A stretch of 49,221 nt of DNA from an uncultured Rhodopirellula sp. (GCA_964007735.1 CAXGAI010000034.1:1-49221), one strand, 5' to 3'; positions 19,309-30,387 are shown, counted from the first letter of the stretch. Program-made: numbers and translations. Notes: a model not told the origin generated them from the sequence alone.

Positions 19309-20184
19309 CTATCTTATAGGTGCGACCTTAAAAGCAGTGAGCGTGTTGTCTTTCATGTGAGGCAGGATCAGGAGTTTCTTCTTCGGTAGATAGGCTAGAT
19401 CTGCGGAGCCCGTTTCGTACTTCATTACCTGCGTCACATCGCCATGCGAGCAAATGTGTAATACGGTGCCGGCAATCCAATCCGTGAGAAAAAATCCACC
19501 TTTTCCATCCACTTCAATCCCGTCAAGGTGGCCCGTCGGCTCCTCTGTAACCAAGTGTTTCTCTTTGGTCTCGAGGTCAAGATAAAAAAAGCGGCCTAGT
19601 TCCTTGGTGCTAAAGTCGTCGGGATTGAATCCCGTTCCCCAGCCTCCGCAGTACAGCCGATTTCCCACGGCAAGTAAGCCGTTGGGATGTTCGAGATGCT
19701 CGCCTTCAGCGAAGATGCTGACTTGGGAATCTTTGATTTGGTAGATCCGGCTATGAAGCATATCAGAAACGTAGACGACACCCTTATGATCCGTGGTAAG
19801 GTCATTAAGGAAGCCAGCACCTTCAATACGAAGACGCGTTACTTCCTTGCCGGATTTAATGTCAACGCCCACGACCGTGTCGATATCAGAAATCCATAGA
19901 GTCCCGGCGTAGCTTCGTAAGCCTTTGGGGGCGTTAAGGCCTGTGTACCATTTTTCTTTAATAACGTTACCCTTAAGAGTAATCCTAGAGATATAACCAT
20001 TACCATCTTGTTCTGCGCCGGGACCGTTCACGTGGGAGAGGAATAGATGCCCGGATTCGGCATCATAATAGGCGCTTTCCGGATTTGACAATCCATCAGA
20101 TATTTGCCAGCGAACTGGATACTCATCCGCATGGGCGGCGGCGACGACAAAAAGACATAATGTGAAAATTAGATTAGACTTCAT
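19309..20184 (-). CDS. secreted beta-propeller protein, SMP-30/gluconolactonase/LRE-like
   Basis: Signal peptide ending AAHA, GLSNPESA, DGNGYISR, GLNAPKGL, FLND, PNGL, LDGIE repeats. Confidence 0.82.
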   Translation of the reverse strand: MKSNLIFTLCLFVVAAAHADEYPVRWQISDGLSNPESAYYDAESGHLFLSHVNGPGAEQDGNGYISRITLKGNVIKEKWYTGLNAPKGLRSYAGTLWISDIDTVVGVDIKSGKEVTRLRIEGAGFLNDLTTDHKGVVYVSDMLHSRIYQIKDSQVSIFAEGEHLEHPNGLLAVGNRLYCGGWGTGFNPDDFSTKELGRFFYLDLETKEKHLVTEEPTGHLDGIEVDGKGGFFLTDWIAGTVLHICSHGDVTQVMKYETGSADLAYLPKKKLLILPHMKDNTLTAFKVAPIR

Positions 20185-20285
20185 AACCGCAAGTGACCTT
20201 ATCTTAATAGGTTTATTGATCTCCAATTATTTTAACAGACCGAAATGACGCCGTGTATTAGAGGAATCGATCATTGCTCGATTGG

Positions 20286-20984
20286 TTATGGATTGTTGCG
20301 GTTTCTTCGATACCAGTCGGGGATTGGGCGTCGGTTCGAGGGTGATAGGATAGGTTGATCGGATGAACTCGTTGCTCCGAATTGTGGGTAATGCCCGAAG
20401 CCTATTTGCCGATTAGACGGAGCGTGATAATAGGCTCCATTAACCATGTTGTACTGGCGAATTGGACCCAGAGACGAAAAAATAGGATTCAAGTTCATCC
20501 GAACATGTCGACGATCCGGAGTGATCATTGCATTCGCGTTGAATTGTATCCCTTGTGGAAACCATTGAATGATGGGCGCATAGGCAAGTCGAGGCTGATT
20601 AAACCCCTGGGGTATCCCGCCAAATGGTAGATTCGCTAGCGCATTTTGTTGCATCCAGAGTTGTTGGAGAAACCATTGTTGTCGCATCTGTTCCAAAATT
20701 AATCTTTGACGTTGGACTAGGAATTCCCTTTGTGGACCGCTGAGAATTTTCATGAGGCCATTAATTTGGTTAACGCCCATGTTATCCAACTGTTTCGCCC
20801 AACGTTGCCAATCATTGACATGGTTAAACATGGGTCGAGCAGCAAGCTGGATTGCTTCGCGTTGTGCTTTCATTTGTGCATTAGCGATTACCGCTCCCAG
20901 TTGGGGATCTAAGGGCTCGTCTGCGATGGAGAAAGACGCAGAAATCCAGATCAAGATAAAAGATAGAGTGAGTGCAGGCTTCAT
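20286..20984 (-). CDS. secreted Gln-rich hypothetical protein with a secretin-like beta-hairpin motif
   Basis: Signal peptide from ATG 20984; Gln-rich helix; YAPIIQWFPQG...ITPDRRHVRMNLNPIFS. Confidence 0.65.
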   Translation of the reverse strand: MKPALTLSFILIWISASFSIADEPLDPQLGAVIANAQMKAQREAIQLAARPMFNHVNDWQRWAKQLDNMGVNQINGLMKILSGPQREFLVQRQRLILEQMRQQWFLQQLWMQQNALANLPFGGIPQGFNQPRLAYAPIIQWFPQGIQFNANAMITPDRRHVRMNLNPIFSSLGPIRQYNMVNGAYYHAPSNRQIGFGHYPQFGATSSSDQPILSPSNRRPIPDWYRRNRNNP

Positions 20985-21033
20985 AGAACAAGTAAACCTA
21001 ATCCCTAAAACGCGAGTTGAAAACATAGTAGAG

Positions 21034-21049
21034 TGCGAATACCATGCCA
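21034..21049 (-). promoter_or_regulatory. sigma-54 (-24/-12) promoter candidate
   Basis: The minus strand reads TGGCATG-GTAT-TCGCA versus consensus TGGCACG-N4-TTGCW, with exact GG/GC spacing; about 50 nt upstream of ATG 20984. Confidence 0.5.
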
Positions 21050-21154
21050 AAATTGCGATATGGAGAATGTGCCGAATAAGGAATAGATCTTAGAGCCTAG
21101 GACTGTCCTCAATGCGACGACAGGTGTGATCGGATGTTACGAGGCCTTGTTTTA

Positions 21155-21910
21155 TTATGTGGTTGGCCCGACTTTGGACCGGATGAACTCTCTATTCAAC
21201 GTTGCGATATTGTCTGTACTTATACTCTTGGGGCATGCAGCTTCGCACTCACCGTAGTTTGTGCAAGACCCGAAACCCTCCTTGTCCATCGTATTGACCA
21301 TCGAATGCACCCGTTCGCGGCGTTCCGCGTCCCCTTGAGGTAGGTGGGCTAGATGGGACACTTTTGCAGAGACGAATAGCATGGCCGATGCATTTTTACA
21401 GGCAGCTACACAAGCGCCGCACCCTATACACGCTGCGGCATCGAAAGCGGTGTCGGCTTCCGGTTTAGGGATGGCATTCGCGTTTGCGTCCGGCGCGTTG
21501 CCAGTATTTACCGATACGAATCCACCCGATTGGATGACCCGATCAAAACCACTGCGGTCGACCACGCAGTCTTTAATGATTGGAAATGCTGTTGCACGGA
21601 AAGGTTCTATATCAATTTCGGAAACGTTGTGTTCTTCGAAACTGCGCATGTGTAGCTGACACGTCGTGGTAGTTTCTGGGCCATGTGCCTGGCCATTGAT
21701 GACGAGGGAGCAAGCGCCACAGATTCCCTCTCTGCAGTCATGATCAAAGGCAACCGGTTCTTTTCCCTGTTCTTCCAAATCCTCATTGAGATGATCCAGC
21801 ATCTCTAGGAAGGACATATCGCCATCGATTCCTTTCACGATGTGTCGTTCCATGTGGCCATTGGCATTCGGACCGCTTTGTCGCCAGATCTTTACTTTGT
21901 ACGTTGCCAT
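21155..21910 (-). CDS. sdhB: succinate dehydrogenase/fumarate reductase iron-sulfur subunit
   Basis: [35 protein letters not shown] clusters. Confidence 0.96.
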   Translation of the reverse strand: MATYKVKIWRQSGPNANGHMERHIVKGIDGDMSFLEMLDHLNEDLEEQGKEPVAFDHDCREGICGACSLVINGQAHGPETTTTCQLHMRSFEEHNVSEIDIEPFRATAFPIIKDCVVDRSGFDRVIQSGGFVSVNTGNAPDANANAIPKPEADTAFDAAACIGCGACVAACKNASAMLFVSAKVSHLAHLPQGDAERRERVHSMVNTMDKEGFGSCTNYGECEAACPKSISTDNIATLNREFIRSKVGPTT

Positions 21911-21911
21911 C

Positions 21912-23831
21912 TTATTTGTAGCTCCGCGTTGCGAGTTTTATGTTTTCAAAATCAAGTTCTTCTCGATGACGGACGGGCGCTTCGTCATCCGCAGTGTACT
22001 CCCAGACCGCCGCATGACAAAAGTCGTCATCGTTGCGGAGCGCCTCACCCTCTGAGGTTTGGTGTTCCGCACGAAAGTGACCACCAGCCGATTCCTCTCG
22101 TGCCAGGGCGTCGCGACACATGAGTTCACCAAATTCAAGAAAATCCGCTACTCGCCCAGCTTTTTCCAAAGACATATTTAAGTTGTCAGCAGTGCCGTTC
22201 ACTTTCACGTCGTTCCAGAATTCCTGACGCAACCTCGGAATCTCTTCGATTGCGGTTTCGAGGCCGCTTTTTGTGCGACTCATTCCACAGTTTTCCCACA
22301 TGATACGGCCTAGTTCTTTGTGGAAGGAGTCGACGGTGCGTCGTCCGTTAATATTAAGAAGAGTGTTAACTTGGCTTTTAACCGCTTCCTCGGCGTCAAC
22401 AAATGCTTGATCTTCAATGGGCGTCCGTTGGTGGTCTGAGCCTAAAGAAGCCAGGTAGTCGGCAATTGTCTGCGGCAAAACGAAATACCCGTCTGCGAGC
22501 CCCTGCATGAGGGCACTGGCTCCTAATCGGTTTGCGCCGTGGTCAGAGAAATTAGCTTCTCCGATGACGTAGAGTCCCTGAATAGTACTCATTAAATTAT
22601 AGTCGACCCATAACCCGCCCATTGTATAGTGAACGGCGGGATAGATTCGCATGGGATTTTGATACGGATTTTCGGCCGTGATCCTTTCGTACATGTCAAA
22701 TAAGTTCCCATAACGGGCGCTGATAGTGTCTTCGCCAAGTCTGCTGATGGCATCGCGGAAGTCGAGATACACACCCAAGCCTGTGTTGCCCACGCCGCGC
22801 CCCTCGTCGCAAACCTCTTTAGCGCTGCGTGAGGCGATATCTCGTGGCGCTAAGTTGCCAAAGGACGGATACTTTCGCTCCAAGTAGTAGTCGCGTTCGT
22901 TTTCCGGGATCTCGTCTGGTTTCCGTTTATCTCCCAATTCTTTGGGGACCCATACACGACCGTCATTTCGAAGACTTTCAGACATGAGGGTTAGTTTAGA
23001 TTGGTGCTCGCCGCTCACGGGAATACAGGTCGGGTGGATCTGTGTGTAGCAAGGGTTAGCAAAGCCGGCACCTTTTTTGTAGGCCCGATAGGCAGCTGTT
23101 ACATTACAACCCATCGCATTGGTGGAGAGGTAGAAAACATTGCCGTAACCGCCCGTGGCTAAGACAACGGCATCCGCGGCATGACTCTCTATTTGGCCGG
23201 TTACAAGATTCCGTACGATAACGCCCTTGGCAGTATTGTCGTCAACGACAACATCGAGCATCTCTGAGCGGGTGTGCATTTGTACTGTTCCAGCCGCTAT
23301 CTGTCTACTTAAGGCCTGATAGGCTCCGATCAGCAACTGCTGGCCTGTCTGTCCTCGCGCGTAAAAGGTACGGGAGACTTGTGCGCCACCAAAAGACCGG
23401 TTAGCGAGTAGTCCGCCATACTCGCGCGCAAAAGGAACACCTTGGGCAACACAATGGTCGATAATTTGATTACTGATTTCTGCGAGTCGGTAGACGTTGG
23501 CCTCGCGAGAGCGAAAGTCTCCGCCCTTGACGGTATCGTAGAATAAACGATAGATACTATCTCCGTCTCCGGGGTAGTTTTTAGCCGCATTGATACCACC
23601 TTGGGCAGCGATGCTATGTGCGCGGCGCGGACTATCCTGAAAACAGAAGCAATCCACATTATAGCCGAGTTCGCCCATTGTAGCGGCTGCGGACGCACCG
23701 GCGAGACCCGATCCAATGATGATCACTTTATACTTGCGCTTATTAGCTGGATTAACCAACTTCATCGCCATTTTATGATTGGCCCATTTATCCTGTATTG
23801 GACCTTCTGGAATTTTTGCATCTAATTTCAT
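21912..23831 (-). CDS. sdhA: succinate dehydrogenase/fumarate reductase flavoprotein subunit
   Basis: IIGSGLAG, covalent-FAD motif [34 protein letters not shown]; start taken at ATG 23831 (MKLDAKIP). Confidence 0.96.
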   Translation of the reverse strand: MKLDAKIPEGPIQDKWANHKMAMKLVNPANKRKYKVIIIGSGLAGASAAATMGELGYNVDCFCFQDSPRRAHSIAAQGGINAAKNYPGDGDSIYRLFYDTVKGGDFRSREANVYRLAEISNQIIDHCVAQGVPFAREYGGLLANRSFGGAQVSRTFYARGQTGQQLLIGAYQALSRQIAAGTVQMHTRSEMLDVVVDDNTAKGVIVRNLVTGQIESHAADAVVLATGGYGNVFYLSTNAMGCNVTAAYRAYKKGAGFANPCYTQIHPTCIPVSGEHQSKLTLMSESLRNDGRVWVPKELGDKRKPDEIPENERDYYLERKYPSFGNLAPRDIASRSAKEVCDEGRGVGNTGLGVYLDFRDAISRLGEDTISARYGNLFDMYERITAENPYQNPMRIYPAVHYTMGGLWVDYNLMSTIQGLYVIGEANFSDHGANRLGASALMQGLADGYFVLPQTIADYLASLGSDHQRTPIEDQAFVDAEEAVKSQVNTLLNINGRRTVDSFHKELGRIMWENCGMSRTKSGLETAIEEIPRLRQEFWNDVKVNGTADNLNMSLEKAGRVADFLEFGELMCRDALAREESAGGHFRAEHQTSEGEALRNDDDFCHAAVWEYTADDEAPVRHREELDFENIKLATRSYK

Positions 23832-23884
23832 GGGTGAAAGACTGTCCAGAAAGAGTTGATTGGTAGAATTGTTGAAGTGATCGC

Positions 23885-24604
23885 TTAAGAAATAATATCG
23901 GTGAGTACGCATATCGGTATAGAGATATTGCCAATACCAATGATTGCTGCCAATAGGATCCCCGCCTTGCTAACGCCCGGTTTAGTCGAATCGGTACGCA
24001 GGCCAAGGGTTTGCAAAGCGCTAGCTGCCCCGTGGTAAATATGAGCCGCCAACGCTAACTGGGCGATGATATACACCCCCGCGACAATTGAATGGCTAAA
24101 TCCGTCTATCACCATTGCCTTTACATCGATTAGTTCATCGCCTGCGACCGGGGGATGGTCCGGGCTGATAGTAAAGTGTAATAAGTGGTAGATTACGAAT
24201 AAGAATATTACAATGCCGGTGTGGATCATGAAACGGCTTGCCGTGGTCGCTGTTTTATAAGAGTAGCCATTCACATAACGTTCGCCTGTGGCTCGGATTT
24301 GTATTTCGTTCGAGGACAAGGCGCCGCGTGCTTTTGCATTTCGCCGCGTCAAGGCTATCGTGAGTCCGACATGGCATACAAACACACTAAGTAAGCCAAT
24401 GCGTGCTACCCATAATAATGGCCCCATACTTTTCAATTTATGAGCGTATTGATTCAATTCGTCCCCGGGAAGGAAGACCTGAAGATTTCCCAGCATATGT
24501 GCAATGACGAACAGGATTAATGCCATGCCAGTTAGCGCCACGAGCATCTTGGCACCTACGGTCGTCATACCGCAAGGAACAGAATTACTTGAGTTGGAAC
24601 TCAT
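23885..24604 (-). CDS. sdhC: succinate dehydrogenase cytochrome b558 subunit
   Basis: [32 protein letters not shown] heme-His pattern; 5 TM; first gene of sdhCAB. Confidence 0.92.
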   Translation of the reverse strand: MSSNSSNSVPCGMTTVGAKMLVALTGMALILFVIAHMLGNLQVFLPGDELNQYAHKLKSMGPLLWVARIGLLSVFVCHVGLTIALTRRNAKARGALSSNEIQIRATGERYVNGYSYKTATTASRFMIHTGIVIFLFVIYHLLHFTISPDHPPVAGDELIDVKAMVIDGFSHSIVAGVYIIAQLALAAHIYHGAASALQTLGLRTDSTKPGVSKAGILLAAIIGIGNISIPICVLTDIIS

Positions 24605-24790
24605 TTAACTTTTTGATCCATGGAAGTTAAAATTGGTGATATACGGCGTTGGACGGAAGAGACCGCCTATGTACTATTATTCTAGTAAATCTGCCTCCTT
24701 CAGCCACCCCAGTCTTGGCATGGTTTAACGGTTTTAGGAGAATTGCTTGCATACTATTTGTGAAGCGTCAGAAAAGGAGTAGAAGATCCG

Positions 24791-25708
24791 ATGACTTGGA
24801 ACCCAGTTGAGGTGGATTTGCATTCTATTACAGAGGCGGGGGAAGCCGGCCTGATCCACCAATTGGCATCAGGTAGTATCCCGGCCGCGATCTTCAGACA
24901 GGCAATGACACCGTCAGACTGCGACGCTATCATGCAACGCCTCGTCGACCGGGAATTGTTATTCGATACCAATGGCGAGATTCCCGATAAATTCCGCAGG
25001 GATAGTGTTCCCGAGGGGCATTATCGCGAGGGCAGTTCCGACGAAGCCTTAAAAGCTTGGCAAAATGAGGCGCAGACTGAGCACAAACTTAGAATTGATA
25101 TTGGGTCGAGTCTTGGTTATCGAGGATCGGATCGCGAAGCGTTTCTCGCTCATGCAGCAGAATCAAACCGTCTGTTCGACGCGTTGTTCGCTGGTTTGGA
25201 AGATCCTGTCAGAGCACTTTATGAGGGACTTTGTCAAATCGCCCCAAATAAAAACGTGATGACGGCAGTTGAGCCCGACGGACGCCAGTATGGTAGAGCT
25301 ATAATCCGCGCTCATTATGGAGGATATAGCTATGCCCCGCACTTTGATAGTGTGAGACGTCGGGAGAAACGCACCGACTATCAGGCCTACCGTTTTGAAC
25401 ATCAATTTGCTGGTGTGTTAGTCCTGCAAAATACAGTCTTGAATGGAGTCTCAGCACAGTGTCGAATTCATCAATGCTTCTGGGAACCAGATGTCCAACC
25501 TTATTTGTCCGAAAATAGGTTTTACGAGTATGCCGAAATGAAAAACATTCCCAATGCCGACATAATACTCGAGCCTGGTGATCTATATTTCTTTAACACC
25601 GGGTGCATCCACGAAGTTCCAGGCATTGCTGGTGAGGAGGCTCGTGTCGTCCTGGCAACCTTCATCGGCTATAGTCCGGAAGATACAGACGTCTTTGTAT
25701 GGTCCTAA
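24791..25708 (+). CDS. putative 2OG-Fe(II) dioxygenase-fold protein
   Basis: HxD (PHFD), distal His (LEPGDLYFFNTGCIHEV), then RVVLATF; AAGGAG RBS. Confidence 0.7.
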   Translation: MTWNPVEVDLHSITEAGEAGLIHQLASGSIPAAIFRQAMTPSDCDAIMQRLVDRELLFDTNGEIPDKFRRDSVPEGHYREGSSDEALKAWQNEAQTEHKLRIDIGSSLGYRGSDREAFLAHAAESNRLFDALFAGLEDPVRALYEGLCQIAPNKNVMTAVEPDGRQYGRAIIRAHYGGYSYAPHFDSVRRREKRTDYQAYRFEHQFAGVLVLQNTVLNGVSAQCRIHQCFWEPDVQPYLSENRFYEYAEMKNIPNADIILEPGDLYFFNTGCIHEVPGIAGEEARVVLATFIGYSPEDTDVFVWS

Positions 25709-26160
25709 GAATCGCGTTCGTATTCTTTTAGATAGCCACGAAATAAGACCAGATGTTCTTCTTCGTCAGCAAGTAGGGTGATGCACAAATCTTGCGTTAC
25801 GTAATCAATACCATCGGTTGCTTTGATGATAGTGTTGTATAGCTTGCAAGCGGCGATTTCTGTATCAATAACGCCTTTGATGACTCCGATAACATCGCAG
25901 GTGTCTTTTGGGGGCTGGGGTAACGATCCGAAGTTCAGTTCGCCGGACCCGGGGACGAGGCCCCCTATTTGCTTGATACGATTAGCCAGTTGCTGCGCGT
26001 GCGACAACTCTTCGGCCACGTCGGCTGCCAACGCCTTTTTTATCTCTTCGGCTCGAATCCCGTCAAGGTTGGTGCTGTTTGCAATGAAATTGGTTACGAC
26101 TTCAAGTTCGTGATTATACGCGCGTTGAAGCAGGCCGATAATTTCGGTGTTGTCGCTCAT
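25705..26160 (-). CDS. ferritin-like di-iron protein (bacterioferritin/DPSL-related)
   Basis: AYNHELE, EELSHA..LANRIKQIGG, DTEIAA, DYVTQD, ADEEEH ferroxidase-type motifs. Confidence 0.88.
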   Translation of the reverse strand: MSDNTEIIGLLQRAYNHELEVVTNFIANSTNLDGIRAEEIKKALAADVAEELSHAQQLANRIKQIGGLVPGSGELNFGSLPQPPKDTCDVIGVIKGVIDTEIAACKLYNTIIKATDGIDYVTQDLCITLLADEEEHLVLFRGYLKEYERDS

Positions 26161-26423
26161 AAATTGGCCCTGTCATTGTTTGTGTTCTGATCATGTTAAA
26201 GTCGCCTGAATAGTAAAGCGGAGCTTGTAGCAAAGTAAAGGTGAATTTAACACTGCGATAGTAACAAAACCGTTAAAAATATGCTATTCTTCGAATAAGG
26301 CGTCGATTTGGCGAGGTGCCGTTTTAGGTATTTTGGCTGCTCACTATCCTGTGTGGTGGTAGGCTGGTTCGATGCAACACTATAAGAAGAAATCAACCAA
26401 CCAAAACAGGGGTGCATAGTTAC

Positions 26424-27365
26424 ATGCTGCGAAACCAGACTTATTCCGATGCGACACAAGTAATGGGGGATACCCCGCTGATTAAACTTAATCGCGTGAT
26501 TCCAGAAGGCGGCGCTACCGTTTACGCTAAATGTGAATTCTTCAATCCGTTAAATAGTGTCAAAGATCGAATCGGCGTTGCGATGATACGCGCCGGCGAA
26601 GAAAGTGGTTCATTAAATGCGGATACTCATGTCGTCGAGCCCACTAGTGGCAATACCGGAATCGCGTTAGCTTTCGTATGTGCTGCGAAGGGTTATCGAT
26701 TGACTCTAACGATGCCGGAAAGCATGTCGGTAGAGCGACGCGCGTTATTGCGTCAGTTGGGTGCACAATTGGTACTTACACCTGCCGCAGAGGGCATGAA
26801 GGGTGCAATTAATAAAGCAGCGGAAATTGTTGCATCCCAAGAAAACGCCTGGATGCCTCAACAGTTCGAGAATCCAGCAAATCCCGCTGTCCATGAAGCC
26901 ACGACCGGTCCTGAAATTTGGGATGACACGGAGGGCCGCGTTGCGGCGGTGATAGCTGGTGTAGGTACAGGTGGTACGATTACCGGTACGGCTCGCTATT
27001 TAAAATCAAAGAATAGTGAGATTAAGGCCTTCGCGGTCGAACCTGTTACCTCTGCCGTGATCAGCGGGGAAGGGCCGGGCAAGCACCGAATCCAAGGTAT
27101 AGGGGCTGGTTTTATTCCTGCAAATCTTGATACATCGATTATCGATGATGTCGTCACGGTTACAGATGAGGAATCTTTCGAGTGGGGCCGTAAACTTGCC
27201 AAAGAAGAAGGTCTCATGGCTGGAATCAGTAGTGGCGCCAACGTGTGTGCCGCCGCGAAAATCGCCGCGCGTCCGGAGTTTGCCGGGAAGGTAGTGGTCA
27301 CCGTGTTACCTAGTCTTGGCGAGCGTTATCTGTCTACACCGCTGTTTGAAGGAGCGTCGGAGTAA
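26424..27365 (+). CDS. cysK: cysteine synthase A
   Basis: PLP lysine SVKDRIG, EPTSGNTG, QQFENPANP, GVGTGGT, IQGIGAGF, GISSGA, GERYLST. Confidence 0.96.
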   Translation: MLRNQTYSDATQVMGDTPLIKLNRVIPEGGATVYAKCEFFNPLNSVKDRIGVAMIRAGEESGSLNADTHVVEPTSGNTGIALAFVCAAKGYRLTLTMPESMSVERRALLRQLGAQLVLTPAAEGMKGAINKAAEIVASQENAWMPQQFENPANPAVHEATTGPEIWDDTEGRVAAVIAGVGTGGTITGTARYLKSKNSEIKAFAVEPVTSAVISGEGPGKHRIQGIGAGFIPANLDTSIIDDVVTVTDEESFEWGRKLAKEEGLMAGISSGANVCAAAKIAARPEFAGKVVVTVLPSLGERYLSTPLFEGASE

Positions 27366-27413
27366 TTTAACCTTAAAGTAATCGATTACAACGGAGGGTA
27401 ATGCCTCACCATT

Positions 27414-28262
27414 TCACTCCGTTGTCGTTTTAAATACTCGACTTATCGTTGCCTTGAGGGCCCGGATGTAATTTTCAGAGGGGCCTTCGTTGTGCCTGCC
27501 GCGGTTTCTAATAAGTAACTGATGAGAATCCTGATTAGGAAATTGGGAGGCGAGCCGTTGTCCGAATTTAATTGGAACGACTTGATCATCAGTTCCGTGT
27601 GTTTGAATGACGGTACCGTGATATTGCCGGGCGTGCTTCTCTGCCGCAAACTTGTTTCTCAGCAGGTATTTAACAGGCAGCCACGGGTAATGAAATTTCG
27701 CTACTTGGGTCAGGGAGGAGAAAGAACTATCGAGGGCGATCAATCGCAATCTGTGGTCACTAGCCAACCGCGTTGCTACCGCGCCGCCAAGGCTTTCTCC
27801 AAACACCATTACCTCCGTTGAGTCGATATCGTAATGATTTAGTAGATAAGCTAAAGCAGCCTCAGCATCTTGCTGTAGCTGGTTTTCTGACGGTTTCCCT
27901 TCACTATGACCATAACCGGAATAAGAGACGCCTAACACGGTAATCTCTAGTTGCGCAGCGAGGCGTTCTAAGAGGGCTGTTCGGTGGGTTATGTTGCCGC
28001 CGTTCCCGTGGAGATAGAGAGCGAAACAGTTGGGGTTTGGCTTTTCGATCGCAAGTAGGTGGATTTGATGGTTCGCAACTTTAATGAACCGATTACGTCC
28101 ATCGCTTAACGCTTCGCCAAAGTCCTTTTGAGCTTCGGACTCGGGTTGAAAAACAAACTGATCTTCAAAAACGACCAGCGTGATTAACAGACCGATGTAT
28201 ATGAACAAAGGCAGTCGGAAAAGTTTCCAGAGCAACTTAAAATAGTTGTTTCGTTGACGCAT
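27414..28262 (-). CDS. membrane-anchored alpha/beta hydrolase (BEM46/ABHD13-like)
   Basis: N-terminal TM, LHGNGGN, YSGYGHSEG.PSE, nucleophile GESLGG, HGTDDQVVP, HN. Confidence 0.9.
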   Translation of the reverse strand: MRQRNNYFKLLWKLFRLPLFIYIGLLITLVVFEDQFVFQPESEAQKDFGEALSDGRNRFIKVANHQIHLLAIEKPNPNCFALYLHGNGGNITHRTALLERLAAQLEITVLGVSYSGYGHSEGKPSENQLQQDAEAALAYLLNHYDIDSTEVMVFGESLGGAVATRLASDHRLRLIALDSSFSSLTQVAKFHYPWLPVKYLLRNKFAAEKHARQYHGTVIQTHGTDDQVVPIKFGQRLASQFPNQDSHQLLIRNRGRHNEGPSENYIRALKATISRVFKTTTE

Positions 28263-28367
28263 GACGGTAGCATTGTCTAAATCTATAATCAATGTGAGCT
28301 TGTATGGGTTAGTCTGTACCTTTAAACTTCTAACTTCTCAATTCAATATCGAAGATGGACAGATACT

Positions 28368-29549
28368 ATGCCAATCGCCTCCTGGAACCCCGAGGAAGCC
28401 TTAGCGGAAATGATTCAGCATTTAGCCGATATCAATATGCTGTATCTCTTTGGTGTAATGGTAGTGGCTATCGGTATTCTCGGCAAATCAGCGGATTGGA
28501 TGGTCGAAAAAGCGGTTACGTTGTCCCTTCGTACGGGGATGCCGAAAGTTATCGTCGGCGCAACTATAGTTTCGGTTGGCACGACTTTTCCGGAAGCCGT
28601 AGTTTCGGTACTGGCAGCCTTAAATGGAAATCCGGATATCGCACTCGGCAATGCGGTAGGATCCGTTATTTGTGACGCTGGCTTGATCTTAGGCACGGCT
28701 TGCTTGATTGCACCCTTGCCGCTCAACAAGAAGGTTGTGAACCGACAGGGTTGGGTGCAATTTGGGGCGGGGGTCGTTTTGGTGTTGTTCTGTTTACCAT
28801 ATACCGACTTAGGGAACGTCTTTGAGACGAAGGCGACCTTGCCTCAATGGGCCGGTTTTATTTTAGTCGCCGGACTTGTCGTATATATGATTTGGTCTGT
28901 GCGTCTAGCGAAGCTTGCCGATCCTGACGAAGGTAGCGAAGAGGCGGAAGACGACTCCCCCGTAACGATTCTCGTTGGCAGCATCCTGGTCGGTTGCTTC
29001 TTTGTCGTCGCGTCCAGTATTACTCTGATTGAAGCCACTAAAATATTGGCCTCAGAGGCAGGTATTCCAGAGGCCGTCATCGCGTCGACGCTTGTCGCAT
29101 TTGGCACGAGTCTTCCGGAACTTGTTACGGCAGTCACTGCTACGCGGAAAGGCCAGGGAGAATTGGCCGTTGGTAATGTTATTGGAGCCGACATTCTTAA
29201 TGTGTTGTTTGTCGCGGGGGCCGCAGCCGCAATTACATCAGGCGGTCTGGTTGCCGAGCCTATATTCTTTAAACTTCAGTTTCCAGCTATGCTCATTATC
29301 CTTCTTTGTTTCCGTATAGGAATTTATGCGGCTAAAGATGGTAAGCTCTCCAGACCGTTTGGCGCTTTCTTGGTCGCGGTCTACGTGATTTATGGAGTCC
29401 TCAATGCTATGTTTGGAAAGACCGAAGAGGCCGCTTTCGGCCCCGGAGAGAATGGGCGTGGGGACAGAAATCATAAGGCGCTTACGATAGAATTAGTCGA
29501 GGAAACGGCAATTCTTAGGCCGGAAGACGCTGCGAATGCTCTGTTCTAA
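28368..29549 (+). CDS. calcium/sodium antiporter (CaCA, YrbG-like)
   Basis: Alpha repeats SVGTTFPE..ALGNAVGS and AFGTSLPE..AVGNVIGA; about 10 TM. Confidence 0.93.
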   Translation: MPIASWNPEEALAEMIQHLADINMLYLFGVMVVAIGILGKSADWMVEKAVTLSLRTGMPKVIVGATIVSVGTTFPEAVVSVLAALNGNPDIALGNAVGSVICDAGLILGTACLIAPLPLNKKVVNRQGWVQFGAGVVLVLFCLPYTDLGNVFETKATLPQWAGFILVAGLVVYMIWSVRLAKLADPDEGSEEAEDDSPVTILVGSILVGCFFVVASSITLIEATKILASEAGIPEAVIASTLVAFGTSLPELVTAVTATRKGQGELAVGNVIGADILNVLFVAGAAAAITSGGLVAEPIFFKLQFPAMLIILLCFRIGIYAAKDGKLSRPFGAFLVAVYVIYGVLNAMFGKTEEAAFGPGENGRGDRNHKALTIELVEETAILRPEDAANALF

Positions 29550-30387
29550 TTGCCAACGGCCGTTACCCGACAGCCTTGTCTGTGACGATTGCTTTCCCGA
29601 TGAAGAGGAATTAACGCTTGCACCCTTGGAGGGAGATGTCACGGCTGTGAGACCCATCAGCGGTTATGATTCGGAATCAACCTTTGAGGTAGAATCGTCG
29701 GAAATTCACGTGGAACCAGAAACGGGACCGGAGCCTGTTATTTGCAAGAAGTGCCAGGCGGTTATTCCGAATGGGCGTTTGCAATGTCCACAGTGTGGCT
29801 ATAACCCCCAATTGGGGCGATCGTTCGATTCGATTGAATTAGACGAGTATGGGGGAGCGATGGGGTTTCAAAGGTTTTTGATGAAGCATACAAGTCAGAA
29901 CGATCCCGCTAGTCTTATTCTTTGGCTTCGAATATTTGGACTTTTTATCGTTTCCGTGTATATCGTAACGAGTCGCGACTTTATGTCGTTATTCCTAAGT
30001 GGAATTTGTATTTCAGGCTATTTAATTTATCTCCGGACATTGGGCAAACCCGTTCGGTTCCATGCAGGACAAAGCGTGATCCCGAAGCTGATACTTTTGG
30101 TGAATCGGCTTGGGGGTTGGAGTGGTGTGGCCGATAAACCGCAAGCGTCGGGCGCCGTGATGACGTACAGAGGGCAGCCCTTTAACGACCAAAACTTAGC
30201 TTCCATAGAGGATACCATCGCGGTTGAAGTGTTAGACATACCTGGATCAACGATTACTGATACAGGCATCCTGTACTTGCAAAACTTTACCAATCTGAAA
30301 GCACTTGTGGTACAAGGCTGTGCGGTCTCGGAGAATGCTCTCGACGAGTTGCAGCGTTGCAATAAGATATTAATGATATGGCGGTAA
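29536..30387 (+). CDS. hypothetical protein: two Zn-ribbons, TM hairpin, short LRR-like C-terminus
   Basis: CSNC..CDDC and CKKC..CPQCG; two TM; LDIPGSTITDTGILYLQNFTNLKALVVQGCAVS. Confidence 0.75.
   Translation: MLCSNCQRPLPDSLVCDDCFPDEEELTLAPLEGDVTAVRPISGYDSESTFEVESSEIHVEPETGPEPVICKKCQAVIPNGRLQCPQCGYNPQLGRSFDSIELDEYGGAMGFQRFLMKHTSQNDPASLILWLRIFGLFIVSVYIVTSRDFMSLFLSGICISGYLIYLRTLGKPVRFHAGQSVIPKLILLVNRLGGWSGVADKPQASGAVMTYRGQPFNDQNLASIEDTIAVEVLDIPGSTITDTGILYLQNFTNLKALVVQGCAVSENALDELQRCNKILMIWR

Noticed and set aside
23832..23912. Longer sdhA N-terminus given by the ORF track
   Set aside because: It overlaps sdhC and looks non-conserved; ATG 23831 gives the typical start.
25705..26160. Ferritin-like protein as encapsulin cargo
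   Set aside because: No C-terminal targeting peptide and no encapsulin gene nearby.
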